DNA of 64,000 bases from an uncultured Chloroflexia bacterium (GCA_963813335.1 CAWEYL010000001.1:544001-608000), one strand, 5' to 3'. Counted from the stretch's first letter, positions 1 to 13,656 are shown. The notes: generated by a model from the sequence alone, not told the origin. Program-made: numbers and translations.

Positions 1-2
1 CG

Positions 3-674
3 GCGACCCCCGACCGCATCTGGCCGTGGCTCGTGCAGATGGGCTTCGGCAAGGCCGGCTGGTACAGCTACGACCAGCTCGACCAGCGCGGCGCGAGCTC
101 GGACGAGATCGTCCCGGCGTGGGGCGAGCTCAAGCTCGGCGACATCATGCCGACCCATCCGGGCGGCGGGTTCGAGGTCGTGGAGTTCCAGCCCGACCGG
201 GCGCTGGTCCTGCGCTCGGACACCGCCCTCGTGCAGGCGCAGGCCCAGGCCTGGGCGGCGCGGACCGGCAGCGAGCCGGTCGAGACGTCGACCCGGGGCG
301 TCGCGGCCTCGGGCGCGATCCTGAACCAGACCCCCCAGCAGTTCTCGGCCAGCTGGGCGTTCGTCATCGAGCCGCTCGAGGGCGGGCGGTCGCGCCTGAT
401 CGAGCGCTTCCGCGTCTGGTACGGCGAGTCGGGCATGGCGTCGCACGTGGTGATGCCGGTCGTCGGCTTCGGGGTCTTCGTGATGATGCAGCGTCAGATG
501 ACCGGCATCCGCACCCGTGCGGAGCGCCTGGCCCGGACCCGCGTGACGCCGCCGGCGCCGATCCACCCAGAGATCCCGGCCGAGCCACGGCCGGCCGGGG
601 AGCCGATGGCACCAGCGAAGCCGTCGGCCAAGGGTCCGAGCGGCCCCGAGCTTGTCACCGCGCCCGCCGACTGA
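3..674 (+). CDS. SRPBCC-like protein, 5' partial
   Basis: Frame open from the window edge (ATPDRIWPWLVQMGFGKAGWYSYD); the WPWLxQxGxxRAGWYSYD-type motif is typical of this family; stop at 672-674. Confidence 0.6.
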   Translation, partial: ATPDRIWPWLVQMGFGKAGWYSYDQLDQRGASSDEIVPAWGELKLGDIMPTHPGGGFEVVEFQPDRALVLRSDTALVQAQAQAWAARTGSEPVETSTRGVAASGAILNQTPQQFSASWAFVIEPLEGGRSRLIERFRVWYGESGMASHVVMPVVGFGVFVMMQRQMTGIRTRAERLARTRVTPPAPIHPEIPAEPRPAGEPMAPAKPSAKGPSGPELVTAPAD

Positions 675-761
675 CGACGGGCGCCGATCGGGGAGCGCGC
701 CGGCGGCCGCGAGCCGCCGGCGCGCGGTGGGGCGCCCGGATGCCGTAGGCTCAGGGGCGTC

Positions 762-1958
762 ATGACGACCGACCGCCTCGTGCCTCTTGCGGAGCGTGCG
801 CTGGCCCAGCGCGTGCTGGACGTGCCGCCGTCCGGGATCCGCCGGTTCTTCGACATCCTCGCGACCATGGACGACGTCATCAGCCTCGGCGTCGGCGAGC
901 CCGACTTCGACACGCCACGCGCGATCGTCGAGGCCGGCGTCGAGTCGCTCCGCGAGGGGCGCACGCACTACACCTCGAACTACGGCACCCTGGAGCTGCG
1001 GCGGGCGCTCTCCGAGCACCTCGAGCGGCGCTACGGCGTCCGCTACGACCCGGCGACGGAGATCCTCATCACGGTCGGGGCGTCGGAGGCGGTCGACCTC
1101 GCCCTGCGAGCGACGTGCGACCCGGGCGACGAGGTGATCCTCCACGAGCCCTCCTACGTGGCCTACGTCCCGGCGATCGTCTTCGCCGGCGGGACCGTCC
1201 GCCACGTGGCGACACGCTTCGAGGACGACTTCGCGCTGGACCCGGCGGCCGTCGAGGCCGCGATCACGCCGCGCACCAAGGCGCTCTTCCTCGGCTATCC
1301 GTGCAACCCGACCGGGGCCGTCCTGCCGCCGGCCATCCAGGACGCCCTGGCCGACATCGCGGTCCGTCACGACCTCCTCGTCTACAGCGACGAGATCTAC
1401 GACCGGCTGGCCTACGGGACCTACACCCATCGCGCGATGAGCGCGCTGCCGGGGATGCGCGAGCGGACGATCCTGATGGGCGGCTTCTCGAAGGCGTACG
1501 CGATGACCGGCTGGCGCGTCGGCTACGTGGCGGCGCCCGCGTCGATCCTCGAGGGCATCGTCAAGGTCCACCAGTACGGGATCATGTCGGCGCCGACGAT
1601 GGCCCAGGACGCCGCGCTGGTGGCCGTCATCGAGGGCGAGCCGGACGTCGAGCGGATGCGTGCCGAGTACGACCGCCGCCGCCGGCTGATCGTGGACGGG
1701 CTGAACGCGCTCGGCCTCGAGACGTTCGAGCCGCGCGGCGCCTTCTACGCGTTCCCGCGGATCACCTCGACCGGGCTGACCGACGAGGCCTTCACCGAGG
1801 GCCTTCTCACGCAGGAGCGCGTCGCGGTCGTGCCGGGCAGCGCCTTCGGGCCATCCGGGGCCGGCCACGTGCGCATGTGCTACGCGACGTCGTACGAGCG
1901 GCTCGAGGAGGCGCTCCGCCGGATCGGCCGGTTCGTCGAGCGGACGCGAGCCGCCTGA
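762..1958 (+). CDS. PLP-dependent aminotransferase class I/II
   Basis: GEPDF, NPTG, DEIY and SKAYAMTGWRVG (PLP lysine) motifs. Confidence 0.95.
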   Translation: MTTDRLVPLAERALAQRVLDVPPSGIRRFFDILATMDDVISLGVGEPDFDTPRAIVEAGVESLREGRTHYTSNYGTLELRRALSEHLERRYGVRYDPATEILITVGASEAVDLALRATCDPGDEVILHEPSYVAYVPAIVFAGGTVRHVATRFEDDFALDPAAVEAAITPRTKALFLGYPCNPTGAVLPPAIQDALADIAVRHDLLVYSDEIYDRLAYGTYTHRAMSALPGMRERTILMGGFSKAYAMTGWRVGYVAAPASILEGIVKVHQYGIMSAPTMAQDAALVAVIEGEPDVERMRAEYDRRRRLIVDGLNALGLETFEPRGAFYAFPRITSTGLTDEAFTEGLLTQERVAVVPGSAFGPSGAGHVRMCYATSYERLEEALRRIGRFVERTRAA

Positions 1959-1988
1959 CCCGAGGGCGGGCCGGACCGCCCGGACCGC

Positions 1989-3356
1989 TCAGGCCAGCGT
2001 TTCGTCGTAGTCGATCGCGCGGCTGCCGGGCGAGATCGCGCATCCACCACCCGCTGTCCTTGACGACCCGTCGGAGGTCGTCCTCGACGTCCACCCACGC
2101 GATCCCGAAGCGCTGCGTGTAGCCGGCCGCCCACTCGAAGTTGTCCAGCAGGGACCAGGCGAAGTAGCCGCGGACGTCGCAGCCGTCGTCGATCGCCCGG
2201 GCGAGCTGGCCGACGTGGCCGGCCAGGTAGTCGACGCGGTCGGCATCGTGCACGCGCCCGTCGGCGCCCGGGCCGGTCGGCTCCGCGCACCCGTTCTCGG
2301 TGATGTAGATCGGCTTGCCGTAGTCGCGGTGCATCCGCATGACGATGCGGTGGAGCGCCGCCGGCCAGACCTCCCAGTCCATGGTCGTGCGCGGCCCGGT
2401 GCCCGGGATCGCGCCGGAAGGCGGAAGGGCCGCCCTCCGGGTCGTGGGCGACGATGACACGGGAGTACATGTTGAGGCCGATGAAGTCGAGCTCGGTCGC
2501 CATGGCCGCCATGTCGCCGGGGCGGATGTCCATCGACTCGAGGGCCGCATCCTGGTCGACGAACGCGCCTGGGTACGAGCCCTTCAGGACGGGGTCAAGG
2601 AACCAGGCGTTGCGTTGCGCGTGGAAGCGCTCCCCGGCGGCCAGGTCGAGCGGGTCGCTTGAGGCCGGGTACACCGCCTCGACGTCGACCGCCGTCCCGA
2701 TCCGCGTGCCGCCCGGCGCCGCGGCGCGTGCCGCCCGGACGCCCTCCGCGAGGGCCAGGTTCGCGATATGGCTCGACCCGCATCGCGAGCGCCGGTTCAC
2801 GGAGCCCGGGCGCATGGGTGCCGAGCTGGTGGCCCAGGAACACGAAGATCCACGGTTCATTGAGCACCATCCAGGTTCGGACCCGGTCACCGAGCGCCCC
2901 GACGACCGTCTCCGCGTACCGCGCGAGCTCGCCGATGACCTGGCGGTCCCCCCAGCCGCCCCGATCCTGGATCCATGTCGGTAGGTCCCAGTGGTACAGG
3001 GTCGGATAGGGCTCGACGCCGTTCGCGAGCAACTCGTCGACGAGCCGCCGGTAGTAGTCGAGGCCGCGCTGGTTCACGGCGCCCCCGGGCTCCGGGAAGA
3101 TCCGCGGCCACGCGATGCTGAAGCGGTACCCGCTGAGGCCGAGCTCCCGCAGGATCGCCACGTCCTCGGGGTAGCGGTGGTACTGGTCGCACGCCACGTC
3201 GCCCGTGGACCCGTCGACGATGTTGCCGGCGGCGTGGGTGAACCGGTCCCAGATCGACTCGCCCTTCCCGTCGGCCTGCCAGGCGCCCTCGACCTGGTAG
3301 GCCGAGGTCGCCGCGCCCCAGACGAAGCCGGACGGGAACGTCCCCTGCCTCACCAT
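1989..3356 (-). CDS. GH1 beta-glucosidase (frameshifted in assembly)
   Basis: FVWGAATSAYQVEG, YRFSIAWPR, TLYHWDLP, NEP acid/base, ITENG nucleophile and DNFEWAAGY motifs spread over several frames. Confidence 0.9.
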
Positions 3357-4277
3357 GGCGCGGGCTCGTCGATCCGCCGTGACAGCGCCTCTCGCCAGCG
3401 CAGCGGGTCGTCCGAGGGGATGTCGCGGACCTCCCAGCGCTCGTCCAGGGTCGTCGAAGCGCCTGGCGCCAGGACGGCCAGCGGGCCGAGGACCTCCAGC
3501 TCGATGAAGCGCGAGCCGCAGTAGGTCTCCACGTTGCATCCGAGGTCCGGGTGCGGCGCACCCGGGACGGGCTCGAAGCGGCGCACGATGGCGACCCCGT
3601 CCCGGACGTAGGCGACCCAGCCGGAGTCGTCCAGGCAGCCCACCTTGAGGTCGGTCCCGGCGATGGCGTCCACGGTCACCAGCCCGTCGTGGATATGGAG
3701 GCGGGGGTCGTCCAACGACGAGTACGGCCACAGCACGAGGGCGCGGTTCGGCCGCGTCTCGTGCCCGGCGACCGCCCAGCGCAGCGGCAGCAGCGCCTCG
3801 CCCGCCGAGGGGCAGCTGCGTGATCGACCAGGGTGCCAGCTCGAGCGGGTGCGACCCGAGATTGTCGACCCGGTGGAGGATGGACAGCGACGGCAGGACC
3901 GGGTCGAGCCGAACCTCCATCGAGCGGACGCAGCCGGTCGGGGACTCCTCGGCCCCGGTCAGCCGCACGCCGTCGGCGAGGAGCTCGACCGCAAGCCCCT
4001 CGGAGTCCGGGACGGCCGCCCGCTCGGAGTCCTCGGGCGCCAGCCACAACCGGTGTCCGCCGAGGAGCTCGTAGCGCCCGAGCGCCGTCTCCCAGCCGAG
4101 GTCCGGCGTCTCGGCGAGGAGATTGGCCGGGGAGCCGTGGCGCCGCAGGCCGACGATCCGGGGCCCCGCGGCGGCGAGCATCTCGATGACGATCGCGCCG
4201 TTGGCGATGCGCAGGGTCGGGCGCCCGTGGAAGTCCCCGGGCGTGGTCCGGACGCCGATGTCGTCCGACTCGATCAT
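3350..4277 (-). CDS. Hypothetical mutarotase-fold/DUF4380-like protein (frameshift near 3790)
   Basis: GPRIV, GGHRLWLAPE, LAPWSITQL, ETY...IELEVLGP segments in two frames; overlaps both neighbouring genes. Confidence 0.6.
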
Positions 4278-6775
4278 GTGACCAGGACCTCGACGCGGAC
4301 GCCGGGCGTGCCGGGTGCCGCGAGCGGGATCAGCGTGCCCTCGATCGGCCGCCCGTCGACGAGGACCGACACCTCGGCGGGAGGTTCAGCGGCGGGGCCG
4401 TCGGATCCCGCGGCGGGCAGCGCGCGGCGGTCCTGGCGCACGGCGATGTCGTAGGTCGTGCCGCGGAACCGCCGGCTCGCCCGGAACGACGTCCACGATC
4501 GGGGGATCACGGGCTCGATCCGCAGCCCGTGGTGCTCGGGCCGGATGCCCAGGATCCACTGGCTGATCGCGACCATGTTCCAGGCCGCCGTCCCGGTCAG
4601 CCACGAGTTCTTCGCCTCGCCCGTGCGTCGGCGGCGTCGCGCCCGGCGATCATCTGCGCGTAGACGTACGGCTCGCAGCGGTGCACGTCCGAGATCGCCT
4701 CGCGGGCCGACGGGTTGATGCGCAGGTAGTAGTCGAGCGCGCCGTCGCCGTTGCCCGTGATCGCCTCGGCGATCATCAGCCACGGGTTCGTGTGGCAGAA
4801 GACGCCGGCGTTCTCCTTGTAGCCCGGCGGGTACGACGAGATCTCGCCGAGCTCGAGGTGGTAGGTCGCGTAGGCCGGCTGCTGGAGCACGATCCCGTGG
4901 GGCGTCGCGAGCCGCTCGCGGACGGATGCGATCGCGGTCCGCGTGCGCCCGTCGTCGAGGCCGACACCCGCCATCGCCATCAGCCCCTGCGGCTCGATGA
5001 AGATCTGGCCCTCCTCGTTCTCGGCCGACCCCACCGACGTTCCCGACGTGGTCGTACGCCCGTCGGTACCAGGCCCCGTCCCAGCCGTACGCCTCGATCG
5101 ACGCGGTCATCGCCGCCGCCGCCGCGCCGCAGCGGGCCGCCTCGCGCCTCGTCGCCGCGCAGCCGGGCGATCGCCTCCGCCTCGCGCGCGGCGAGCACGA
5201 AGAGGCCGGCGATGAACACGGACTCGGCGACGCCGCCGGGCCGGTTCGGCGCCGTCTGGAAGGACTCGCCGGGTCGGTCGGAGAAGACGTTGAGGTTGAG
5301 GCAGTCGTTCCAGTCGGCCCGCCCGATGAGCGGCAGGCCGTGCGGCCCGAGCTCGCTCGAGCGTGAAGTCGATGCACCGCCGCAGGTGGTCGTGGAGCGG
5401 CGTCTCCGAGCCCTCCTGCGTTGTCCCACGGCACGGGCTCGTCGAGGATCGCCAGGTCGCCGGTCTCCTTGAGGTAGGCCGCGACGCCCAGCACGAGCCA
5501 CGCCGGGTCGTCGTTGAACCCGGAGCCGACGTCGTGGTTGCCGCGCTTCGTGAGCGGCTGGTACTGGTGGTAGGCGCCGCCGTCGGGCAGCTGGGTCGCG
5601 GCGATGTCCAGGATGCGCGCCCGGGCCCGCTCCGGGACCATGTGGACGAAGCCGAGCAGGTCCTGGTTGGAGTCCCGGAACCCCATGCCCCGCCCGATGC
5701 CCGACTCGAACATCGACGCCGAGCGCGACAGGTTGAACGTGACCATGCACTGGTAGGGGTTCCAGGTGTTGACCATGCGGTCGACGTGCGGGTCGCCGGT
5801 GGCCACCTGGAGGGCGCCGAGACGATCCGTCCAGGTCGCGCGCAGGCGCGGCGAGGTCGTCGTCGACCTGCCCCTCGCCGCCGGTAGCGGTCGATCACCG
5901 CCCGGGCCCGCGTCGTGTCCGGCCGGCCGGAGCCGGGCGGGTCGAACTTGGCCGTCGGCCGGGTTCTCCGTGTAGCCCAGCACGAAGGTCACGTCGCGCG
6001 ACTCACCCGGTTCGAGCACCAGCGTCGCCTGGAGCGCCCCGACCGGCTGCCAGCCGTGGGCGATCGAGCCGGCCATCGCGCCGCGTCTCCACGGCGACCG
6101 GCCGGTCCCAGCCCCGGTAGGCGCCGAGGAACGCCTCTCGCGACGTGTCGAACCCGGCCACCGGCGCCGAGCACGCGAACCAGGCGAAGTGGTCGCGGCG
6201 CTCGCGGTACTCGGTCACGTGGTAGACGACGCCGTCCTCGACGAGGACCTCGCCGGTGGACAGGTTGCGCTGGAAGTTCGTGGCGTCGTCCTGGGCGTCC
6301 CAGAGGCAGAACTCGACGGCGCCGAACGAGCGACAGCGCGCGCCGGCGTCCGGCCGCTCGTTGGTCACGCGCGTCCGCCAGACCTCGAGCGTCTCCCCGG
6401 GCGGCACGAGGTAGGTGGTCTCGGCGCGGATGCCGCCGCGCACGCCGGTGATGACCGTGTACCCGAGGCCGTGGCGGCAGGCTGTAGGCGTCGAGCTCGC
6501 GCTGCGTCGGCTGCCAGCCCGGGTTCCAGTAGTCGCCGGTGTCGTCGTCGCGCAGGTAGAGGAAGCGGCCGCCCACGTCGAGCGGGGCGTTGTTGTAGCG
6601 GTAGCGGATCAGCCGTCGCAGCCGTGCATCGCGGAAGAAGGAGTACCCGCCGGCGGTGTTGGAGACGAGCGCGAAGTAGTCCTCGCTGCCCGAGGTAGTT
6701 GATCCACGGCAGCGGCGTGTCCGGGCGGGTGATGACGTATTCCCGCCGCTCGTCGTCGAAGTGGCCGAAGCGCAA
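4274..6775 (-). CDS. GH94 cellobiose phosphorylase-like glycoside phosphorylase (multiple frameshifts)
   Basis: [81 protein letters not shown]; AAGGAG RBS before TTG start. Confidence 0.9.
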
Positions 6776-6838
6776 CCGAGATCTCCTTCGTCCGGATGTC
6801 AGGGACCCGGTTCCGTGCTGGCGCTCGGCGGCCCGAGC

Positions 6839-7927
6839 CTACTTGTCGACGCCGGTGACGACGACGCCGCGCATGAACGCCCGCTGGGCGAGCAGGAAGA
6901 CCACGATCGGGACGACCATCGTCATGAACGCAGCCGCCTGGATCAGCGTGGGCTGCGTGGCGTACAGCGCGTTGTACTGCTGGATCCCGAGTCGACAGCG
7001 GCTGCAGGTCGGGCTTGCTGGCCAGATAGAGCAGCGGCACGAAGAAGTCGTTCCAGGCGAAGAAGAAGTGGAACAGGCAGACGGCGGTGATGGCCGCGAC
7101 GGACTGCGGGACGATGATCGAGCGCAGGATCCGGAACGGGCCGGCCCCGTCGATCATCGCGGCCTCGTCGAGCTCGCGCGGGATCGACATGAAGTACTGG
7201 CGCAGCAGGAAGACGTTGTAGGCGTTCGCGAAGAAGTGCGGGATGATCAGCGGGCAGCCACGTTCCGTTCCAGCCGAGCCAGGTGAAGATCACGTAGGTC
7301 GGCAGCAGCGTTACCTGGAACGGCAGGATGATCGTGGCGATCAGGATGATGAAGAAGGCGTTGCGCCCCGGGAACCGGAACCGGGCGAAGCCGTAGGCCA
7401 CCAGGATGGACGAGAAGATCGCGCCGATCGTGCTCAGGACGGCGATCCCGACGGTGTTCCGCAGCAGGAGCGGGAAGTTCATCTGGTTCCACGCCTGGGT
7501 GTAGTTCTCGACGAGCGGGTCGAACTTCCAGGCCTGCTCCAGGGTCCGCCAGCGGCCGACCCATTCGAATGCCGTCGCCGTCGGGTCGTTCGGGTCGACG
7601 ACGATGCTCGACTCGCGACCCTTCTCGACCAGCATGAGCTGTTTCGTGGTGCCGTCCGGGAGCGGGACCGCGTAGATCGGGAACTGCTCGCCCTGGTAGG
7701 TGCCGGTCAGGGGCGATGCCGGATAGATCGGCGCGCCCGGCGTGGCGACTCTGGCCCGGCTGCTGCAGCGAGGTCGTGAGCATGTACAGCATCGGCAGCA
7801 GGAGCGTCGAGATGATGAGCAGGGCGAACATCGTGATCGACGCCTTGCCCAGGAACTTGCGGTAGCTCTTGGCGACCGGGCTGCGGTCCGCGAAGGCTCG
7901 CTGCGGGAGCGCGGCGGTCTTGCTCAC
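6839..7927 (-). CDS. Carbohydrate ABC transporter permease, MalG-like (frameshifted)
   Basis: AYGFARFRFPGR, IPRELDEAAMIDGA (EAA loop), FAWNDF. Confidence 0.9.
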
Positions 7928-8889
7928 CGCTCGCCCCCGGCGTAGTAGACGCGGTTCCGGGCGAACGCGAAGAGCAGCAGCGTCAGGCCCAGCACGATCA
8001 CGAAGAGCAGCCACGCGATCGCCGCGCCGTAGCCCATGTGGCCGAAGGCGAAGGCCTCGTTGTAGAGCAGCAGGTTCACGAACAGCGTGGCGTTGTTCGG
8101 GTCGCCCCGCCCGTTCGACAGCACGTAGATCTGGGTGAAGTACTGGAACGTGCCGATCATGCAGATCACGAGGTTGTAGAGCAGGACCGGCGACATCAGC
8201 GGGATCGTGATCCGGCGGAAGGAGGTCCAGAACCCGGCGCCATCCATGCGCGCCGCCTCATACAGCTCCGTCGGGACGGACTGGAGGCCGGCGATGTTGA
8301 TGAGCATGAAGTTGCCGATGCCCCACAGGCCGATGATCGACAGCGCTGGGTAGATCCAGACCTCGCTGTTGATCCAGTCGGGACCGGGGAGGCCGAACGC
8401 CTTGAGGATGGCGTTCATCCAGCCGGTGTCGGTGTTCAGGAAGCCGATCCAGACCAGGGTCGAGGCGACCAGCGGGATCATGATCGGCATGTACACGAGG
8501 GCCCGCATCGGGCCGCGCCACGCGAGTCTCGGGCTATTGAGCAGGAGGGCGAACCCGAGGCTCGCGATCATCGTCACCGGGATCGAGATCAGGGCGAACC
8601 GGAAGGTGGCGCCCAGCGACCGCGCGACCATCGGGTCGTCGAGCATCCGCGTGTAGTTGTCGATGCCGATGAACTTGGTCGACTCCGGGTGGACCAGGTC
8701 GAAGTTCGTGAACGACATGAGCAGCGAGGCGATCATCGGCCCCGCGGTGAAGAGCAGGAGCCCGAGGAGCCAGGGGCCGATGAAGACGTAGCCCCACATG
8801 GCCTCGCGGACCCTCGGCTGGCGGAACCAGCCTGAGAAGCCGGGTCGGAGCGGTGTCGTCACGGGCAGCGCCTGGGTGGACTCGGTCAT
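7924..8889 (-). CDS. Carbohydrate ABC transporter permease, MalF-like
   Basis: GLQSVPTELYEAARMDGA EAA motif; six TM segments. Confidence 0.95.
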   Translation of the reverse strand: MTESTQALPVTTPLRPGFSGWFRQPRVREAMWGYVFIGPWLLGLLLFTAGPMIASLLMSFTNFDLVHPESTKFIGIDNYTRMLDDPMVARSLGATFRFALISIPVTMIASLGFALLLNSPRLAWRGPMRALVYMPIMIPLVASTLVWIGFLNTDTGWMNAILKAFGLPGPDWINSEVWIYPALSIIGLWGIGNFMLINIAGLQSVPTELYEAARMDGAGFWTSFRRITIPLMSPVLLYNLVICMIGTFQYFTQIYVLSNGRGDPNNATLFVNLLLYNEAFAFGHMGYGAAIAWLLFVIVLGLTLLLFAFARNRVYYAGGER

Positions 8890-8941
8890 GACGTGTCCGG
8901 GCTCCGGTGGTGGTGGGGACCGATGGTACGGGAGTGGAACG

Positions 8942-8974
8942 CCTCCCGGGCGGGCGGGACACCCGCCCGGGAGG
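8942..8974 (-). terminator. 13-bp GC hairpin after the substrate-binding protein gene (mRNA stabiliser or attenuator)
   Basis: CCTCCCGGGCGGG-N7-CCCGCCCGGGAGG perfect inverted repeat; no U-tract. Confidence 0.6.
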
Positions 8975-8988
8975 GTGAGGAGGAGGAG

Positions 8989-10503
8989 CTACTGCGCCGC
9001 GTCGAAGATCCCCTGCAGGGTGGTCTTCAGGGTGTCGAGCTCAGCGTCGATATCGACCCCGGTCGACGTGCGGTACTTGTTCTGGAATGCCTGCCAGCGC
9101 CTTCTTGGACTTGGCATAGTCGGGCACCCAGGCCTGGTGGTTGGGAACGTCCGGATACGACAGCATCGCCTTCGGCACGTCCCAGTTGAGCGTGATGCCC
9201 GGGAACTGCTTGTTGATGGTGTCGATGAACGGCTGCTGCAGGGCCGGGTCCGCCGGCAGGGCGCCGTAGACGGCGAGCAGCTCAGGCGAGTTCACGAAGG
9301 CGGTCAGGGCCGCGAACGCCTCGTCCGGGTGCTTGGTGGTCTTGAGGATGCTGAACGTGTCGGCGTGCAGCTTGGCGGTGGTCTTCGCCGTTGTACGCCG
9401 GGGCGACGGCCCAACCGAAGTCCGTGACGATCGGCTTGGCAGGCGCGGCCGGGGCCGTGCAGCAGGTGAACCACGTGTGGGTCTCGTTCATCGCGAGGTT
9501 GCCGGAGGCGAACTCGCTGCCCTTGGCGAGCAGATCGCTGTTGATCTGGTTCGCGTTCGGGATGAAGTGATCCTTCCAGACGCCGTCGTTGAACCACTTC
9601 TCGCCCACGCGGACCGGATCGCCGATCTGCGCGGTCTTGCCGTCAGCCGCAACGAACGAGCTCGCCCCGAAGAGCGACGCCTCGGCCAGCGGGCTGTTGT
9701 CGGCGTACTGCATGTCGAAGCCCCACTGCTCGACGCTCGCGGGGTCGAACGAGGCGCTGGTGGCGTCGTTGCCGTTCTTGTCGACGGTGAGCTTCATGCC
9801 CAGGGTGCGGACCGCGTCCATGTCCCAGGGCTTGCCCTCGTACAGGTCGCCGACCTTGGTGGGCGGCAGCGGGAGCTTGGCTTCCTTGAACAGCCTTCGT
9901 GTTGTACCAGAGCATCGACGGGTAGGTCGCGAACGGCACACCGATGGTGGCGCCGCCCTCGCCCAGCTTGAAGAAGTCCACCAGCGCCGGGTCGTACTTG
10001 CTGGTGTCGAACCCGCTCTTGGTGATGAGCGGCGCCAGGTCGAGCAGCTGGTCGCGGAAGATGTTCAGGCCTTCCACGCCGACCGGCCCGATGATGTCGG
10101 GCGCGTTGCCGGCGGCGATCTGCGTCGCCAGCAGGCTGGCCGCGACGTTGTTGTTGTAGATCTCGAGCGAGATGTAGACCTTGTTCTTGGCTTCGGCCGA
10201 GTCGTTGAACTTCTGGACGAACGCCTGCTCGGCAGCGAACTGCTGCGGCTGGCCGCCCGCGCCGAGGCCGACGAACCAGCGGACGACGACGCCGCCGTTG
10301 GGACCGGGCTGATCGGCGGGGAGCGGGACCGGCGTGACCGCCGGGGGCGGGGTGGGGCTTGCGGTGGCCGCCGCGCTGGCCGCAGCCTGGCTGGCGGCAG
10401 TCGTGGCGGATGGCGACGTGCTCGCCGTGCCGCACGCGGTCGCCAGGATGGCGACGACGCCGGCGAAGGCGATCAGGGCGCGCGGGCCGGATCTGGTTCT
10501 CAT
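8989..10503 (-). CDS. Sugar ABC transporter substrate-binding lipoprotein (frameshifted)
   Basis: Lipobox LATAC, IAAGNAPDIIGP, LLDLAPLI, GVPF..YP..LWYN; AGGAGGAG RBS. Confidence 0.9.
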
Positions 10504-10614
10504 CGCGATCAACTCCTCCTTGCGAGATCCTGTTCGATCTCTACCTCGGATTGAGGCCGAAAGTGGGGTGGGCTCCGACCCGGGTGGGCCGGGGCACGCC
10601 GGTCGCCGGCCGGC

Positions 10615-11668
10615 TCAGGGCATGCGCCTCCCGGCGCTCGAGGCGCGACGAATGAGTTCGGTGGCCAGGATCACGCGCCGTGGCACGGGATCCGAACCCT
10701 CGATGAGGTCGATCAGCAGGCGGGCCGTTTCATGGCCCATCTCCTCGATCGGTTGGCGGACGCTCGTGAGCTGCGGGCGCACGGTCGTCGCGACGGGAGA
10801 GTCGTCATAGCCGACCACCGCGACGTCCTCGGGCACCCGGCGCCCGGCGGCGGCGAGGACCGCGATCGCGCCAGCGGCCATGAGGTCGGAGGCGACGAAG
10901 ACCGCGTCGATGTCGGGCCGGGCGGCAAGGAGCTGTTCCATCGCCGCGGCCCCGCCATCCTGGGTGAAATCGGCATTCGCCTGGAGGCTGGGGTCCGGCC
11001 CCAGGTCGGCCTCGGCGAGGGCGTCACGATAGCCCGAAAGGCGATCCAGTGCCGCCACCATGTCCGACGGCCCGGCGATCGTGGCGATCGTCCGCCGCCC
11101 GCCGGAGATCAGGTGGTCCGACGGCGCTGCGCGCGCCACCGCGGTTGTCCACGTCGACGTAGCTGGCGGCCGTGCCGCGCGGAGGCCGGCCGACCACGAC
11201 CATCGGGATGCCGGCCGCCGCGATCCGCCCGGGGAGGGGGTCGTCGCGATGGAGGCTGACCAGCAGCGCGCCGTCGACGTGGCCCGCGGTCAGGTAGTCC
11301 GCGGTCCGGTGGGCATCGCCGCTCGAGGCGGGCATCAGCAGGACGAGCTGGAGGTCGCGGGCCGAGAGCGACGCGCTGATGCCCCGGAGGAGGCGGGGGA
11401 AGAACGGGTCGGTGAACAGTCGGCCGGCCGGCTCGGTGATGACGACGCCGATGGAGCCGCTGCGGCGGGTGACCAGGCTCCGGGCGGCGCGGTTGGGGAC
11501 GTACCCGAGCTCGACGATCGCGGCCTCGACGCCGCGCCGGATCTCCGGGCTGACCTTGGGGGAGCCGTTGACGACACGCGAGACGGTGGCTCGAGAGACG
11601 CCCGCCCGGGAGGCGACCTCCTCGAGTGTCGTTCCGTTGCGGCGATCCCGAGTGATCGAGTTTGCCAC
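10615..11668 (-). CDS. LacI-family transcriptional regulator (frameshift near 11135)
   Basis: HTH TLEEVASRAGVSRATVSRVVN, YVPNRAARSL hinge, VPEDVAVVGYDD, LTSVRQP. Confidence 0.92.
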
Positions 11669-11685
11669 CGAAACTCCCTGGCTCT

Positions 11686-11701
11686 GTGAGAGCGCTCTCA
11701 C
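11686..11701. promoter_or_regulatory. LacI-type operator 1 (GTGAGAGCGCTCTCAC)
   Basis: Perfect 16-bp palindrome with central CG just upstream of the LacI gene. Confidence 0.85.
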
Positions 11702-11726
11702 GCTCAGTACGCACCATATCACCCCC

Positions 11727-11745
11727 TGTCAAGAGAGCGCTCTCA
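11727..11745 (-). promoter_or_regulatory. LacI-type operator 2 (AGAGAGCGCTCTCA) abutting a TTGACA -35 element
   Basis: Second copy of the palindrome at 11732-11745; minus-strand TTGACA at 11732-11727. Confidence 0.75.
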
Positions 11746-11831
11746 CGCTGTTTCCGTATCGTCTCGGTACGGTTCGGTGACGAGCCGGCCGCCCCGTCCG
11801 GCGGTCCGCCGTCGTATGCGAAACTAGCCGC

Positions 11832-13325
<1,494 letters not shown>

Positions 13326-13330
13326 CCAGG

Positions 13331-13603
13331 ATGGGGCCGATCAACATCGTCCTGTGGGTGGGCGGGGTCGTCCTGATCGCCGTGGGCTATACGCGGGCGA
13401 AGGCCCCGTGGACGCGCTACCAGGCGCTCAAGGAGCAGGACGCCAACGTCGCGCGCTACGAGGCGTGGCGCGGCGGGGTGCGCGACGACGGCAAGACCGG
13501 CGCCTCGGTGGCGATGGCCGTCCTCCGCCGCCAGGCGCAGATGGGCGGGCTCATCGCGATCGCCGGCGTCGTGCTGCTGTTCTTCGGCTTCCTCATCAAG
13601 TAG
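13331..13603 (+). CDS. Small two-TM membrane protein
   Basis: 90-aa ORF with host-like codon usage 5 nt after gatB; hydrophobic ends. Confidence 0.7.
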   Translation: MGPINIVLWVGGVVLIAVGYTRAKAPWTRYQALKEQDANVARYEAWRGGVRDDGKTGASVAMAVLRRQAQMGGLIAIAGVVLLFFGFLIK

Positions 13604-13656
13604 CAGCCACCCGGCTGACGCGGGCTGCACGGCGCCGGGGCGGTCCGTCGCGCCCG

